This document shows positions 61,501-64,000 of a stretch of 64,000 bases of DNA, in pieces. Source of the stretch: Gemmatimonadales bacterium. Lineage in GTDB: Bacteria; Gemmatimonadota; Gemmatimonadetes; Gemmatimonadales; GWC2-71-9. Location: assembly GCA_036556025.1 (NCBI GenBank), contig DATBKD010000005.1, forward strand, positions 13,845 through 77,844, written 5' to 3'. Numbering within the stretch: the first letter of the stretch is position 1; each line of letters opens with the position of its first letter. Made by a program: the position numbers and the translations under genes. The notes beneath the pieces are model-generated. The model saw only the letters and a list, made by a program, of their open reading frames with translations. It did not search any database and was not told the origin of the DNA.

Positions 61501-64000
61501 ATGCCGCCAAAGAGTTCCGATCCATTCAACGCCCGCGCATCCCTCTCGCTCGGCGGCAGCAAAGCCGTCGTTTACCGCCTGGGCGAGCTGGCCCGGCAGG
61601 GTCTCGCCGATCTCGACCGACTCCCCTTCTCCATTCGGGTACTGCTGGAAAACACCCTGCGACACGCCGGACGGGGAATCGTGAACGAGATGCACGTTCG
61701 CGAACTGGGCAAGGCGGGCGGCAAGGGGAAAGGCCAGACGCCCGGCGAGGTGCCGTTCATGCCAGCCCGGGTAGTTCTACAGGACTTCACCGGGGTGCCC
61801 TGCGTCGTGGACCTCGCGGCGATGCGCGACGCCATGGCGCGGATGCAGGGTGACCCCGCCCGGATCAATCCGGTCGTGCCCTGCGACTTGGTGATCGATC
61901 ACTCGGTTCAGGTGGATTATTACGGCTCGGAACGGGCGTTCAAGCTCAATGTCGAGCTCGAGCTCGAACGCAACCGGGAACGGTATCAGCTTCTCAAGTT
62001 CGCCCAGCGCGCGTTTCACGGGTTCCGGGTGGTCCCCCCGGGCACCGGGATCGTGCACCAGGTCAACCTGGAGTATCTGGCACCCGTGGTGCAGCTGCGG
62101 GAGCAGTTTGGCGAGCTCACGGCCTACCCCGACACCCTGGTCGGGACCGACTCACACACCACCATGATCAACGGCCTCGGGGTGCTCGGCTGGGGCGTAG
62201 GCGGCATCGAGGCTGAGGCGGTCATGCTGGGTCAACCGTACTTCATGCTGGTGCCCGAGGTCATCGGCATGAAGCTGACGGGAGCGCTTCCACTGGGAAC
62301 TACTGCGACCGATCTGGTCTTGCAGGTCACCCAGATGCTGCGGAAGAAGGGCGTCGTCGACAAGTTCGTCGAGTTCTACGGCCCAGGCCTCACTTCCCTT
62401 CCCGTCGCCGACCGCGCCACCATCGGCAACATGGCTCCGGAGTACGGGGCCACCATGGGATTCTTCCCCGTAGACAAGGAGACTCTGCGGTACCTGGAGG
62501 GCACCGGGCGTCCTCGGGAGCTGGTCGAGATGGTGGAACGCTATTGCAAGGAGCAGGGTCTCTTTCGGACCGATGCCACTCCGGATCCCCAGTTCACCGA
62601 TACCTTGCAGCTCGATCTCTCGACCGTCACGCCGAGCCTCGCCGGCCCGCGCCGCCCCCAGGACCTCGTACCACTCACTCAACTCCGGCGGAATTTCCTG
62701 GTGAATCTGCCGGGGCTGATGAGCGCGGCTACCCCGGCTGCCCGGAAGGAGTTGGCCCAAAGCACTTATTCCCGGTGGATGGGTGAGGGCGGTGCCAACG
62801 TAACCATCGGGGGGCATGGCGCCAACGGTGGCACGCCCGAAGCCGACCCCGACGCGCCACCGGTCGTGAAGGGGTTGCTCGAGGGATCGGAAATCGAGCT
62901 ACACGACGGATCGGTCGTTATCGCGGCCATCACCAGCTGCACCAACACTTCCAATCCCTCGGTCATGATCGGCGCCGGGCTCCTGGCCAAGAAAGCGGTG
63001 GAGCGGGGGCTCCGCACCAAACCGTGGGTGAAGACCAGCCTTGCGCCGGGATCGAGGGTCGTGACCGACTACCTCGAGGGATCCGGGCTGCTTCCCTACC
63101 TCGAGCAACTCCGCTTCAACACCGTGGGCTACGGCTGCACCACCTGCATCGGGAACAGCGGCCCGCTTCCCGAGGCGGTCGGCCAGCTCATCGACGAGCA
63201 TGCCCTGGTCACGGCCGCCGTGTTGAGCGGCAATCGTAACTTCGAGGCCCGCATTCACCCCCAAGTGCGGGCGAACTATCTGGCCTCGCCCATGCTCGTG
63301 GTTGCGTTCGCGCTCGCGGGACGGGTGGACATCGACCTCGCCAGCGAGCCGCTGGGCAACGGACGGGACGGCCGCCCGGTGTACCTGCAGGACATTTGGC
63401 CCTCATCCGAAGAGGTCCGGGCGACAGTCACGGGATCACTCAAGCCGGAGTTGTTCGAGCGGCGCTACGCTTCCGTATTTGAAGGCGACGAATCTTGGCA
63501 GCAGCTCCCGGTGCCGGGCGGTAGCCGGTACGCCTGGGACGCGGATTCTACCTATGTGCAGGAGCCGCCCTTCTTCACGGACCTATCACCCGAACCGCAG
63601 CCCCTCAGCGACGTTGCGGGGGCCCGGGTGCTGGCCGTACTGGGCGATTCGGTCACCACCGATCACATCTCGCCTGCCGGCTCTATTCCCAAGAACGGGC
63701 CCGCCGCCCGGTACCTGCGGGAACATGGGGTCGAGCAGCCCGACTGGAATACCTTCGGATCGCGAAGAGGCAATCACCAGGTGATGATGCGCGGCACTTT
63801 CGGCAACGTGCGCATCGTCAACGCGCTGGTGCCAGGGAAGGAAGGCAACTGGACTCTGCACTTTCCCACGGGCGAGGTGATCTCCATCTACGATGCGGCG
63901 ATGCGGTACCAGGCGGCCGGCACGCCGCTGATCATCCTGACCGGGCAGGAGTACGGCACCGGTTCCAGCCGCGACTGGGCAGCCAAGGGGCCGGCGCTAC
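61501..64000 (+). CDS. acnA: aconitate hydratase A, 3' end beyond the right window edge
   Basis: Not in the track because it is open to the window end. Hand translation from ATG 61501 gives [82 protein letters not shown] and [10 protein letters not shown]. Confidence 0.93.
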   Translation, partial: MPPKSSDPFNARASLSLGGSKAVVYRLGELARQGLADLDRLPFSIRVLLENTLRHAGRGIVNEMHVRELGKAGGKGKGQTPGEVPFMPARVVLQDFTGVPCVVDLAAMRDAMARMQGDPARINPVVPCDLVIDHSVQVDYYGSERAFKLNVELELERNRERYQLLKFAQRAFHGFRVVPPGTGIVHQVNLEYLAPVVQLREQFGELTAYPDTLVGTDSHTTMINGLGVLGWGVGGIEAEAVMLGQPYFMLVPEVIGMKLTGALPLGTTATDLVLQVTQMLRKKGVVDKFVEFYGPGLTSLPVADRATIGNMAPEYGATMGFFPVDKETLRYLEGTGRPRELVEMVERYCKEQGLFRTDATPDPQFTDTLQLDLSTVTPSLAGPRRPQDLVPLTQLRRNFLVNLPGLMSAATPAARKELAQSTYSRWMGEGGANVTIGGHGANGGTPEADPDAPPVVKGLLEGSEIELHDGSVVIAAITSCTNTSNPSVMIGAGLLAKKAVERGLRTKPWVKTSLAPGSRVVTDYLEGSGLLPYLEQLRFNTVGYGCTTCIGNSGPLPEAVGQLIDEHALVTAAVLSGNRNFEARIHPQVRANYLASPMLVVAFALAGRVDIDLASEPLGNGRDGRPVYLQDIWPSSEEVRATVTGSLKPELFERRYASVFEGDESWQQLPVPGGSRYAWDADSTYVQEPPFFTDLSPEPQPLSDVAGARVLAVLGDSVTTDHISPAGSIPKNGPAARYLREHGVEQPDWNTFGSRRGNHQVMMRGTFGNVRIVNALVPGKEGNWTLHFPTGEVISIYDAAMRYQAAGTPLIILTGQEYGTGSSRDWAAKGPAL

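Noticed and set aside
1-64000. Mobile elements, prophage, toxin-antitoxin or defence islands
   Set aside because: No integrase, transposase, recombinase, phage structural, restriction-modification, Cas or known defence-system motifs appear in any frame. Apart from the 158-bp leuC-leuD spacer, the composition looks uniform.

Overview
This is a GC-rich bacterial chromosomal segment (roughly two-thirds G+C by eye; codon third positions are mostly G/C) that is almost entirely housekeeping genes. I cannot assign a taxon without a database search; a Gemmatimonadota- or Acidobacteriota-like lineage is only a guess.

Gene content, left to right:
- a Ser/Thr kinase truncated by the left edge
- glnA and ilvD
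- a PAP2 phosphatase
- an 8.3-kb minus-strand branched-chain amino acid operon, leuA-ilvB-ilvN-ilvC-leuC-leuD-leuB
- gltB
- a tetR plus acyl-CoA dehydrogenase pair
- queF
- an M28 peptidase
- gltA and acs
- a class III PHA cluster (phaE, phaC, phaB, a phasin and phaR)
- speA
- a hypothetical protein
- an M50/CBS protease and an M1 peptidase
- a duplicated cupredoxin-like lipoprotein
- an SRPBCC-epimerase fusion
- queC, queE, an HD-domain protein and a 5'-nucleotidase
- a GGDEF protein, a CGNR zinc-finger protein and a tandem pseudokinase-kinase
- a cold-shock protein gene and infA
- an M3 oligoendopeptidase
- a minus-strand unit of PIG-L deacetylase, ABC importer (binding protein, ATPase, permease), MFS transporter and DUF2339 protein
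- two paralogous small membrane proteins
- a DUF971 protein
- acnA, truncated by the right edge

I found no rRNA, tRNA, CRISPR array, transposase, integrase or recognisable defence gene.

The most unusual content is non-coding:
1. At least eight copies (labelled E1-E8 below) of a hairpin-element family. Each arm is a tandem array of 7-nt or 9-nt units and the two arms are reverse complements. The 7-nt versions fill intercistronic gaps: the upstream stop codon sits inside the first arm and the downstream start codon sits at the foot of the second arm. The 9-nt versions are translated, once inside ilvB and once as a (Pro-Val-Leu)n lipoprotein signal peptide.
2. A textbook Leu/Val/Ile-rich leader peptide with antiterminator and terminator upstream of leuA.
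3. A terminator-containing leader upstream of gltB.

Smaller oddities are listed under findings. All start-codon choices and regulatory calls are hand inferences from the sequence and are not validated.
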